Shown here piece after piece: positions 20,152 through 32,340 of a stretch of DNA of 64,000 nt. The notes under the pieces were generated by a model. That model made no database searches, was not told the origin of the DNA, and was given only the letters and a program-made list of their open reading frames with translations. This DNA comes from Macrostomum lignano. Lineage: Eukaryota. Made by a program: the position numbers and the translations under genes. Positions within the stretch are counted from its first letter, which is position 1; each line of letters starts with the position of its first letter. The stretch lies in assembly GCA_002269645.1 (NCBI GenBank), contig NIVC01001103.1:124001-188000 (forward strand). The letters run 5' to 3'.

Positions 20152-23052
20152 CAATAATGCAATGTAGAAAAATGTGTTTAGAAACAATTAGTACTATTTT
20201 ATTAGCACATCAAACTGACCTGCTCAAGCATGGAGTCGCCAACACCGTCGCGGTACAGGATGATGCGGGCGGGCAACTCGCCGTTTTTCTCCCTGAACTT
20301 CTGCAGGGCCATAGTGAAGCCAGCATCCAGCCTGTTGTGAAGCTCAGCTTTGCCTCCCTTCACGATTGGCGAGTACGAGTAGTACTGGGTGAAGGTTTCA
20401 TTTAGTGAGAACACCACACCCTGCACGGAGCGACTTTGCCGCTTGTCGTGGTAGCTGTCCATCCCTATGATCATTGTGCGCTTTATCGGGATGCTGAGAG
20501 CCCAAGCAACACCGCCCAGCTTGCAGGAGATCTGTATAGCCACCTTCGTAGCAACGGACATTACTTTGGCCGGGTTGCGGATAGTCTTGGTAAGTACGCA
20601 CTGGCTCGGCACCGGCTTATCCACGTAGCACAGGCGTTTGATGATGTTATATCGATGGGCATTGTTGTTAGGCAGCAGACAGAACACAAGGTCCAGCTCC
20701 TGATTGATGTTATCTTGGATAGTCTTTAGCCAGAACTGGTCTCGGTCCTGCATCACGGGCAGCACGTAGGGCTCGCCAAATGACATTCCGAGAGACTGAG
20801 AAACCCGATGGAGCTTCTGGCAGAAGTCGGCGGCCGCCTGCTCGTCTCGCTGAAAATAGACGAATATCCAATTCTTGCAGTCGATTGGCTGGAACATGCC
20901 GTTGCCCTTAAGGCCATTGTCCCAGTCAGCGCGCTCAGGGTCCACCCTGATTGGCCGCGACATCTGCACAGTCTCCGGCTGCAGCTGGCGGGCGGTGGCC
21001 TCCACAGCGTTAGGCGATACTTCCAGACCGAACTCTCCCAGCACCCGACGGCTCTCGGGATTGCCAGCCATTGTGCGGGCAAAGGTGAGCATCTTGTCGC
21101 ACCGAGCTGACGGATTGACCCTAGTATGGGTGGCCAGATCCCTCATCAGGTTGCGGTCAGCTCGCATGTCATCAGTGAGGCCGGTCATGTAACAGACCTC
21201 CGGCGGCAGTAGCACGTTATCCGCCTGCTCCCGGCGGCCTCCCTTAGTTGGCGGCAGATCTCGCTTGCGCGGTTTGGACACCAGAAGCGGCTGCTTATCA
21301 TCTGCCAGATCGATGTCGTAAGTCTGCTTAAAGTACTGCCCGAAAGTAATCTGTTCCTCCTGCCGGGTGGTCTTGTTAAACCAGCGGAAATGCTCGTTTA
21401 CGCCCTTGTCCCACTCGATGCTGTCAATCCGATAGGTCTTATTATTGTGCCGAGTCAGCACTATTTGGCCGACCAACGCGCTTTCAGCTGCGGCGTGAAA
21501 CTGATTGCTAGCGACTCGATTATACATGTCATACATAAAGTCTAACACGGTGTTGGTGTGAATAAACTTGTTCGACGGATCCAGGTAAAGCATCAGCGGC
21601 CCGTCAGTGGGTTTCACTGCCATCTCGAATCCCGGCCAAACCTGGGGAACAGATTGGCGATGCTTATTATAGTTTTTGTTGTATATTTGTTGTAAGGGGG
21701 CTGCAGCCTAGTGGTTAGAGCGTTGGACTCACGACTTGCAGGTCGGGGGTTCGAATCTCTGACTCACTCGGAACAATTTGTGTCCTTGAGCAAGACAATT
21801 AACTCTTCAGTTTAACCAGCTGTGAAATGGGCACAGCATTAGCTGGGATATTTGAGGCTGTGTGGCGACCCTCCCCCCCCCTCAGTCCTTGGACTGAACA
21901 GCCGTACGCAGCCTTCAGATGCGCCGCGCAATAGCTGCGGCTGAGCTGTCGGTTGCACAACTGTATATTAGAGCAGCTGCAATCAATTATTATTGGGTAT
22001 TTCTACCAAAACGAGACACTGTCTCGTTTTCTCGTTTTCCAAATTGTATGTTGGACACTCAAGGGTTTCGCAGTATACTTTTAACTCGTGCGATCCTAGT
22101 TTGGCTTGCACAATAATAAACTTAAGTCAGAGTATTAAGATGATTTAAATACAAAAATGAATTTTTATGAAAAATACGTGTTTTCTTTCGTTTGAAACCA
22201 AATTTGGTTTTAAAATCAATTTAAACTAGAGAAACTTTGATAAAATTGTCATCTTACCTCCATACCGTAGTTAGGAAGCCTGGTGGCCTGGTCCGGATAA
22301 TAAAAGTTTCGACCAACCATCTGCATATTGAGGTACCGCTGAGCCTTGCCAAGCACAACATTCATCAGGTGCAGCCATTGCGGCGTGTTCCTATTAACTT
22401 CGCCCACCTGCCGGATGGCCACTTCGCCAGTCCAAGACTTGATGCTGGCCTCGAACTTCACTCCCTCAGGCGGATTCAGTGGCTGCCTCGTGTACAGAAT
22501 GCCGCCATCGTAGACGAACGGCTTTGGCACCTGACTGGCGTCAGTCAGCAGCTTCTCGCGAAGCGGTTTGGCACCCAGCATCGGGCGAAAATCCACAGCC
22601 ATCTGGTAGGTGCGCCAGTTGTCTTTAACGTTGAGAGCAACGTAATTGGTCACAACCTGAACAGGGGCGCCACTGGTGCCTCTCTTGTTGCTGACCGGAA
22701 CGCCCTCAGGTCGAACATTCGCTAGCTGGTAGCGCAGTAGCTTCCGCTGCAGGCCGCCCCGTTCGCCGCCAACCTGCAGGCCGGCCATGCGCTCTGCCAG
22801 CTGTTCTGAGTCTCCGCCAGTGGCACCTGCACCCTGGCGATACCCGAAGCCAGAAGCTCCGGGCGGCCCCGCTAAACCAGGAGGCGGAGCTGGAGACGAA
22901 GCAGCAGCAGCAGGCGATGTTGAAGCTGCGGCTGCTGAGCCGGAGTCAAAAGATGCAGCAGAGGCAGCACTGGCGGAAGCCTCAGCTGGCCGTGGTCCGG
23001 CGCGACCGCGAGAACGACCTCGGCCTTTGGTAGCATGCTGCTGCTGAGACAT
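19587..23052 (-). CDS. piwi: Piwi-clade Argonaute, 898 aa. Exons 23052-22258, 21641-20220, 20066-19587
   Basis: N-terminal GRGRSRGR motifs, VWPGF, PAZ domain (TYRIDSIEW), MID/PIWI motifs PSQC, [38 protein letters not shown], C-terminal LFFL. Phase-0 GT-AG introns join in frame (2697 nt). Confidence 0.95.
20103..20147. repeat. (CT)n(CA)n microsatellite in piwi intron 2
   Basis: Direct observation. Confidence 0.9.
21696..21995 (+). mobile_element. tRNA-derived CORE-like SINE, family A (in piwi intron 1)
   Basis: A box gcctagtggtta, B box ggttcgaatc, CORE-like gtgtccttgagcaagacaattaact, (TTA)n tail; similar copies at 47956 and 59525. Confidence 0.8.
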
Positions 23053-23556
23053 CTCTAGTTCTGGATTTAAGAGCTTAGAGCTGTCAATGTTTAAAATAAA
23101 ATCAAATGCACAAGCACATCACATTGCCTCACAAATGTGTTTTTTTTCCAATAGCCTTAAATAATAAAGCTTTCAAATCATATAATAATGAGCATTACAT
23201 GTAAAGTCTTATTAGATGTACAAAATAAGACTTTCATACTTGTAGTGGAATATGAATGCATCAAAATCCTACTTCCATAACCCATATTATCGCTATTGAT
23301 CAATGACTCAGATTCCCTAAATCATAAATTATTGTTTAAAAGCACAAAATAACATGTCATAATGATAGTATATTATGTAAGTATATGATTTGGATAGAAT
23401 CAAAACGACTTATATTATATAATCTATATACTAAATTAGAGTTCTGCTGTAACCAAATTTTTCCCATATGCATATCTCCAATTTTCCGTAGCCTATCTGT
23501 AGCTGTAGCTAGTAAACTTTCTGTAACCATTGTACAACACTGAGACCTAGAGCCTG

Positions 23557-23835
23557 ATGGACGCCTTGGAGAGGACGCTGTGCACGCGGCCATTCAGAGG
23601 GCACAGCAGTCCAGACAGCGAGACCAATGTTGCGCTTTAGAGAAGGGTGCACCTGGTATGGCCTTCTGACCTGCTGCGCAGACGATGACTTTGACTAATT
23701 GACCACATCATCTAGTTGAAGGCCCTCTGCCCTGAGCTGCTACACAAAGTGCTACTGCTCAATCTGCAGGGACCAAGCAAGCAAGGCCAAGGGCAAATGG
23801 TGAGATACCCTGCTAAGAGACTGGCTTGTGACTGA
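23557..23835 (+). pseudogene. Decayed reading frame of unknown origin
   Basis: GC-rich, protein-like frame interrupted by TAG/TGA stops, each one transition away from CAG/CGA; no family recognised. Confidence 0.3.
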
Positions 23836-25476
23836 TGCTGTTGCCTTGGACCAAACTAGGATTGTGACTTTTTGAGGCAATGCTGGGCAGCTTCCCTATT
23901 GTCTTTATTATTTTAACTTAAGCCCCCACCATTCCAAACACAATGTATATGTGGTGTCAAAAATGTTGCTCAAGTCCCTGACCCCACCCAAGGGACTTAG
24001 AGGTCCCTTTAGATTGAAAGTTAAAATATATCTTAACTTTAACCCCCTCCCACCCATATTTCAACCCCAATACACATGTAATTTCAAACATTTCTATCTT
24101 TGTTGCTTGAGTCCCTGATTCTAGGGACTTAAGAGCATTCCTCACATTGAAAGTGAAAACATTCATCTTAAATTTAGCCCTTCCACCCAACCATAATATA
24201 GACATGGCATTGGCAATCTGTGTTGATTCTTAAGTCCCAAATTCTAACAATTTAGGAGTTTTCCTCACTTGAAAACTGGCAATATACTTATTAAAGTTTA
24301 TAAATAAAAATCATCAATATTATTATTGCTAAGTCACACATATATACAACCTAAATTTTACCTAGCCAATATAACATAGCTTTGTTTTAAAGGCAACATA
24401 AGTTTTTTTACTATAACAAAAAAAATTTTCTCACTATCTTAATTTTTTCTTTTTTTATTTATTTTATAGTTTTGTCTAATATATAGTTTTGGTTTTAGAG
24501 TTTTGTCCTATTTTACAATTAGAATTTTTTGGTGCTTGGGCTTGGCTAATTAGTTACATGGCATATCTATCTTGGCTGCCCTATTACTAGGCCTAAGCCA
24601 GCTAGGTGATATCTATGTATACATAGCTATTAATAAGCTTATATATTTCTGATCAAATGATAATGACTCATTATTATATAGAAAGCAATATATAAAGAAA
24701 TGTTGATTTAAAATAAAAACAGTTTAGCAAGGTTTAAAGCAAGCTAGTTTAGATTGTTTAAACCATTTGTATTTAAAAATAGTAATACTAAGTGCATTGA
24801 ATAAAATACAACATCTCAAAATGACTAGTTGACAAAATCTTTAATAGGTTCCATTAGGCTATAAAAGCCCAAGAGTATACAAAAATCATTCTTAAAGTGC
24901 TTTTCCATTTTTGGCTTAGATAATAACATGTAGTAAGTCTATAATTTAATATTTACTAAATTATCAAATATAAATAAAATGGACTAAGTCTCATTAATAT
25001 TATTAATTTGATAAACTAAAACATTATCTATAATCAAGATATTGTCTATTATGTACTACAACATTTTTGGACAAAAAACTATATTTTTAAGATATATAGC
25101 CTAAAGGAATATGTTTTGATATCTTTCCACTGAATCGCTATATATGGCTAGCAAAATACTTAAGGTATATTTTTGTTGTTGCCTAGAAAACTATTAATAA
25201 TATATATATCTTATATAAAAATTAGGGCTTACCCTTAAAAACAAAAAAGCATATTAAATTTTATAACAATGACTGTTTACTACTAGTACTAAAACATAAT
25301 AAAATTGAATTCTATTAATTCAAAATTTAAGCACTAATATACAGTTTTGTTTGCAAAGTTATTTCTTATTTGATTTTGAATATATACCAATGTTAGGTGT
25401 AGTAAATAATATTAATAATGTTAATGAATATAGCATAAAATGTTCTAAATCTAATTACAAGTTTTCTATAGTTGAG

Positions 25477-27590
25477 AGTAGGCCTAGTATGGCATTCCTT
25501 TGGTTTACGATCATTGAAATTAGTGACGATCCCCATTGGAAAGATAGGGAAGATACAAAATTGTTGTTTATTTCATCAAAATGCAAAAAACAGTAGACAA
25601 GCACTCCAATCCTTTTTATTTATCCATCATAATACTAGCTACATGTTCAAATGAAAAAAGAAGGTAAAGGGGTTATAGTGATCTATTTTACAGTTCCAAG
25701 AATCCAAAGATGATCCTATATATCTACTTCGGTTTACGATCATTTGAATGAAAGCAATACATATAAATAATCATGAACCAAAGCTAATGTGTATGTAAGG
25801 GCGTTAGTGCATAAATTCAATTTCCAAAAATGAATCCAAGAAGATGATCCTATATATCCACTTCATCCGCAAGAGATACATGTAAATGATAGTGAACCGA
25901 AGCTAGCGTATGTGTGTAATAGGGTTTTGGTATTTTAAAAGCTCTATCTAAAATTGATCACTATCTCAATACATGGCTAGCTTTGGTTCACAATCATTTA
26001 CATGTATTGCTTACATCTAAATGATTGTAAACCAAAGCTGAGGGGGGTGGCAGCATGTAGAGAATAATAAAGCATCAAGTTACTTGGGAGCGCACATTAA
26101 CTCAAGATGACATTTCAATTGCCAACAAGTCCCAGTTGAAGAAATAAATATATGTGACTACATATGTCTTCAACACCCCCCTCAGCTTTGGTACACAATC
26201 ATTTAAATGGAAGAAATACATGTATATGATTGTGAACCAAAGCTAGCCATGTACAGAGATAGTGATCGATTTCAGATAGAGCTTTTAAAACACCAAAACC
26301 CTGTTATACATTTATGCTAGCTTCAGTTCACAATCATTTACATGTATCTCTTCTATCTAAATGATCCTAAACCAAAGTGTATATATAGGATCATCTTCTT
26401 GGACTCATTTTTGGAAATTGAATTTATCATTCATGCACTAATGCCCTTACACACATTAGCTTTGGTTCACGATCATCTACATGTATTACTTCCGTTTAAA
26501 TGATCATAAACTGAAGTGGATATATAGGATCCTTGTTATTGCCATGCCATGAAAGAAACCATTTGTTGGCTATTCTGTTCAGTTTTTTCTAATGTAACGA
26601 ATAAGTTCAGTTTAACAATTTTTGTTTATTTCAAGAAAGCTATGATCATTTATATTAAAAATTACATAGGGATCATGAACCAAAATGTGGGTGGAAAAAT
26701 AATCGTAAACTAAAGGAATGCTGCCTAATATACCTAAAAAGGAAAGAGTTATAAAAGCATTTCTAGGCCTACCAATTATATAAAGGCCCTAGTCATTTCA
26801 TCAACTGGCATTTTGTCAACTTAGTTTTTTGCATTGGTTATTTTGTCAATTAGCCAATAAAGCCATTTTAAACCTCAGTCATTTTATCAAATGGCTTGGC
26901 ATATGGGGAGTTTCCCAACCTGTCCTTGGTTACTTTGTCAATTGCCAATAAATTATAATATATCTCATATAGTTGCAAAAACTGAAACAAAACCCTCATA
27001 TAATGACTAAAGTGATTAGCCAATGATATTTACATCCTTTTGCAACATCTAATGAGTTTGATTGATATATCTTTTACCATTAACAAAAAATGCACTAATG
27101 TGTTTAAAACATGCATGTAGCATATGAGTATGACAAGGTAGATATCCTATTATTATATTTTTGTGTATTTTTTTTTTGGATGCAGAAATTAAAAGATTTG
27201 ATCATTGGACCAATAATATAAATTACTTGAAATAGTTTTTCTATTTGCAAAATTATTAAAATATCAATATCAATGTATTTCTTCCATTTAAATGATCGTG
27301 TACCGAAGCTAGCCATGCATTGAGATAGTGATAAATTTTAGATAGAGCTTGTAAAACACCAAAACCCCCTTACACACATACGCTAGCTTCGGTTCACGAT
27401 CATTTACATGTATCTCTTCCATTTAAATGATCGTAAACCGAAGTGGATATATAGGATCATCTTTGGATTCTTGGAACTGTGAAATGGATCACTATAACCC
27501 CTTTACCTTCTTTTTTTCATTTGAACATGCAGCTAGTGTTATGATGGATAAATAAAAAGGATTGGAGTGCGGCTAGGCCTACTAAAATAG
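25477..27590. mobile_element. Foldback-like element with long, modular inverted arms
   Basis: 25601-about 26050 is inverted-repeated at about 26180-26530 and about 27280-27570; recurrent motif ggttYacRatcattt in both orientations. Confidence 0.6.
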
Positions 27591-28099
27591 AGTATAGGCT
27601 GAAGCATATGGCTAGCAATGCAAGAGATAGGGTACGTACGTAAGCAATTCAATTAATGAGGAAGTATTGTATCGTCTTATTCATTAATACAGGTGTATGC
27701 GGTAGTTGGGTACCACCGATTGATTATTGGCTCATATGGTTACTTAATAACATTACAGTTTCTGGTCAATAAAATTATGCGTACCCTATTCTGGTCCCCG
27801 TTAGTCCACTCCCTGGCGCAAGTCATGACGTATTTTTGCCCCCTTTCTGTTCCCCCTTGCCCCATTTTCTGGCGTTATTTGACCAAATTGTGTTTTCCTT
27901 TTGTTTTACTATGTATTTCTGCGGTAATTTTGTTGATTCCCCTTTCTGGCCTTTTGAGTTTTCGCCCTTCCCCAGTTTCTGGGCCTCGCCAGCCTTTTTG
28001 TGACCTGTTTCCTGGGTATTTATTCCCGCCCCTTGCGCCTGTCCTCCCTTCATGCTCTTGCTCCCTCCCCCTTTTCTCCTACTCTGACGTCCCTTAACT

Positions 28100-29700
28100 T
28101 AATAACGTTTAGTTAACGTAGTCTATTACTTGCAGGAAAGAAAACCTAACTTAGTTTTATTTAAGTAAGCCCGCACTGCGGCACCCCTGATTCATCTTTC
28201 GTCGGTGGTCTCTTATTTTACGCGCGTGAGGCCTAGTTTAATATTTTAGTTTTTCTTTTATACTAACTCGATAATCAATAAACTCGCAATAATCTACTGC
28301 AATCCGTTTCTTCGATTAAAGCCATATATAGTTAACTTAAGTCATTTGCCCGTGGGGCGTAAAATAACCCAGTCTCACCTCGAAGCAAGCTCCGAGACTT
28401 TTCAACGTTCCGTAATACGCAAATTACGGTGGTGGCAGCGCTACTCTACTGTTAGTAACACGATAAGAATACGAGACACATTCAATTTACGGTGTCTGAG
28501 GACCCGCCATCTGAACGCTCGCGCCAAACGAAGGCCGCTCGCCTACGACCAAAACTACCCTCCCCCCGGGATTGAGGACCCCGGCAGACGGAGTATCTAC
28601 GAGTTGTTTTCATCGGGATCCGTTTACGCAAACTTTCCGGATTTAATTCGTACGAAATAACGACGGCGCCCAATCGAAGGCCCGAGCCGCTCAAATTCGA
28701 CATTAGATCAAGTGAACACCGGACAATCCCGACCACCCCCAAGTCTAAATCGCCCCCACCTCATGTACATAATATGTATATTCTAAGAAGTATGGCGGAG
28801 AGAAGGCACTTAAACTAAGTAATACAAAAAAGTATTGCATTTTTATAGTTAAACCCCTCATTGCGTTAAAGTTCATTTAAAATAGTGACAATTATCAATA
28901 AACTAAGCATGGTTTTACATAAACGGTTATTTAACGGTGATAATAAAATTTAAAATCCCTCGTGGCAGAATTTAAAATCTATATAATAATATATTTAATT
29001 ATTAATTTAATATATTGAAACTTGAAAACCTACGGATTTAAGTGACACCATACTTGTCTTTTAATTCCTTACTTAAATACTTTTTGCTTTGTTTGCCGTT
29101 AAAGATTTTTGAAGTTTCGTAGAAGACAAAGAAAATTGGCGCCCTTTCAAATACTATATTATTGTAAAACTCGCCGCACAGATCCCATTCTATCGAAATA
29201 ATATTAATATTAAATACACTGACATATACTGGCCAAACAGGCTTCTTGCCTGAGCCAAAACTTACTACTACTACTACTAAATTAATTGTATCTAGCAATT
29301 AATATTGTTGCTAGAGGATCAGCAAAATGTTACATCCTACTAAGACGCCTATCTCTATAAAAAATCTGCAGGCCTGACCTTTCAGATTATTTCCCATGCA
29401 TATTTAGAAACAAAAAAATCCTAACAACACTTCTAAAACTGAAATGTGAGATCATTACACCCAACATATTTTCTCAAGAAGCATGTAGACTGTGTGGAGC
29501 AAGAAATGGTTCGACATCCTACACTACTTGACCAAATTTTCACAAACTCAAGACATCAGTCATCAGGAAAATATTTCTGTCAATAGACTCAATACCTCTT
29601 AGAAGACAACCAGATACACAAAATAGTATTTGCTACAAATGAAGAGTCAGAAAATAGCTTATTGGTGTAGGCCCCTAGCTAAAATGTAAAGTAAATATTT
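28100..29700 (+). mobile_element. Possible degenerate, internally deleted non-LTR retroelement
   Basis: CpG-rich 5' segment with short ORF 28346-28660; at about 29480-29530 a broken CRLCG...ILHY motif like the C-terminal zinc knuckle of LINE ORF2. Weak evidence. Confidence 0.3.
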
Positions 29701-30021
29701 TATAGTAAATACTAGTAAATATTTTATAGTTTATAACTAACTAAATTATCCTATTTATAATTTATATTCCTAGTTTCCATATTTTCCATATACTTTATAT
29801 CTTCTTTATACTCTCTTTATACCTTCTATATCCTGCCTAACCCTTAAACCCTCCCTAAATACTCTACACCAAGGGTCTCCAACCTTTAGAATAGCTAAAA
29901 TAGCAATCCAAATGATTTAGGAATTGCAATTGCATACATTTTTTTATTTAAGGGGGCTGCATATCATTTTAAGAGCCATAAATTGGCATAATGAAATCTA
30001 GTTTTGGCAGTCCATACCATA

Positions 30022-30604
30022 NNNNNNNNNNNNNNNNNNNNNNNNNNNNNNNNNNNNNNNNNNNNNNNNNNNNNNNNNNNNNNNNNNNNNNNNNNNNNNN
30101 NNNNNNNNNNNNNNNNNNNNNNNNNNNNNNNNNNNNNNNNNNNNNNNNNNNNNNNNNNNNNNNNNNNNNNNNNNNNNNNNNNNNNNNNNNNNNNNNNNNN
30201 NNNNNNNNNNNNNNNNNNNNNNNNNNNNNNNNNNNNNNNNNNNNNNNNNNNNNNNNNNNNNNNNNNNNNNNNNNNNNNNNNNNNNNNNNNNNNNNNNNNN
30301 NNNNNNNNNNNNNNNNNNNNNNNNNNNNNNNNNNNNNNNNNNNNNNNNNNNNNNNNNNNNNNNNNNNNNNNNNNNNNNNNNNNNNNNNNNNNNNNNNNNN
30401 NNNNNNNNNNNNNNNNNNNNNNNNNNNNNNNNNNNNNNNNNNNNNNNNNNNNNNNNNNNNNNNNNNNNNNNNNNNNNNNNNNNNNNNNNNNNNNNNNNNN
30501 NNNNNNNNNNNNNNNNNNNNNNNNNNNNNNNNNNNNNNNNNNNNNNNNNNNNNNNNNNNNNNNNNNNNNNNNNNNNNNNNNNNNNNNNNNNNNNNNNNNN
30601 NNNN
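30022..30604. other. Assembly gap (583 N) flanked by a 1.4-kb direct duplication (28611-30021 vs 30605-32015)
   Basis: The copy after the gap begins exactly with the sequence at 28611, and the copy before the gap ends exactly with the sequence at 32015. Differences are mostly single-base homopolymer indels. Confidence 0.9.
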
Positions 30605-32188
30605 CATCGGGATCCGTTTACGCAAAACTTTCCGGATTTAATTCGTACGAAATAACGACGGCGCCCAATCGAAGGCCCGAGCCGCTCAAATTCGACATTA
30701 GATCAAGTGAACACCGGACAATCCGACCACCCCAAGTCTAAATCGCCCCCACCTCATGTACATAATATGTATATTCTAAGAAGTATGGCGGAGAGAAGGC
30801 ACTTAAACTAAGTAATACAAAAAAGTATTGCATTTTTATAGTTAAACCCCTCATTGCGTTAAAGTTCATTTAAAATAGTGACAATTATCAATAAACTAAG
30901 CATGGTTTTACATAAACGGTTATTTAACGGTGATAATAAAATTTAAAATCCCTCGTGGCAGAATTTAAAATCTATATAATAATATATTTAATTATTAATT
31001 TAATATATTGAAACTTGAAAACCTACGGATTTAAGTGACACCATACTTGTCTTTTAATTCCTTACTTAAATACTTTTTGCTTTGTTTGCCGTTAAAGATT
31101 TTTGAAGTTTCGTAGAAGAAAAAGAAAATTGGCGCCCTTTCAAATACTATATTATTGTAAAACTCGCCGCACAGATCCCATTCTATCGAAATAATATTAA
31201 TATTAAATACACTGACATATACTGGCCAAACAGGCTTCTTGCCTGAGCCAAACTTACTACTACTACTACTAAATTAATTGTATCTAGCAATTAATATTGT
31301 TGCTAGAGGATCAGCAAAATGTTACATCCTACTAAGACGCCTATCTCTATAAAAAATCTGCAGGCCTGACCTTTCAGATTATTTCCCATGCATATTTAGA
31401 AACAAAAAAATCCTAACAACACTTCTAAAACTGAAATGTGAGATCATTACACCCAACATATTTTCTCAAGAAGCATGTAGACTGTGTGGAGCAAGAAATG
31501 GTTCCGACATCCTACACTACTTGACCAAATTTTCACAAACTCAAGACATCAGTCATCAGGAAAAATATTTCTGTCAATAGACTCAATACCTCTTAGAAGA
31601 CAACCAGATACACAAAATAGTATTTGCTACAAATGAAGAGTCAGAAAATAGCTTATTGGTGTAGGCCCCTAGCTAAAATGTAAAGTAAATATTTTATAGT
31701 AAATACTAGTAAATATTTTATAGTTTATAACTAACTAAATTATCCTATTTATAATTTATATTCCTAGTTTCCATATTTTCCATATACTTTATATCTTCTT
31801 TATACTCTCTTTATACCTTCTATATCCTACCTAACCCTTAAACCCTCCCTAAATACTCTACACCAAGGGTCTCCAACCTTTAGAATAGCTAAAATAGCAA
31901 TCCAAATGATTTAGGAATTGCAATTGCATACATTTTTTTTATTTAAGGGGCTGCATATCATTTTAAGAGCCATAAATTGGCATAATGAAATCTAGTTTTG
32001 GCAGTCCATACCATATTGCAGAAAGAGGAGTTTTGTGGTGTACACTGGCGTACATTTCTTGGCTGTGTACAGTGTGGTGTACATGACTGGCGTACAAATT
32101 AATATAAATAATTTTTTTGTGCATTTTTCTGTGTTAAATTATTTCAAAAACCTTTTTTTGCTACTATTGTCTTATTAACCATACATGC

Positions 32189-32340
32189 GCAACCTTTGGA
32201 ATCACTCGGCCATTTCTATTGGCAACACACACATTTAAGTCACTATTGGCTGAGAGCAGTCACGTGACTACTATTCCGTCCAATAATGACTTACATGTGT
32301 GTGTTGCCAATAGAAACGGCCGGGTGAATCCCTAGGTTGC
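32189..32340. mobile_element. 152-bp palindromic MITE-like element
   Basis: About 60-bp imperfect inverted arms (gcaacc...ctattggcaacacacaca... / ...tgtgtgtgttgccaatag...ggttgc) around a central gtcacgtgac palindrome. Confidence 0.7.

Noticed and set aside
21696-21770. tRNA genes at the heads of the 21696, 47956, 59828, 6311 and 46015 elements
   Set aside because: A/B boxes are present, but there is no closed cloverleaf and a shared SINE body follows.
29969-30741. ORFs spanning the N run
   Set aside because: Artefacts of translating Ns.
28611-32015. 1.4-kb direct repeat that could be read as LTRs or a segmental duplication
   Set aside because: The copies abut an N gap exactly at both ends and differ mainly by homopolymer indels: unmerged overlapping contig ends.
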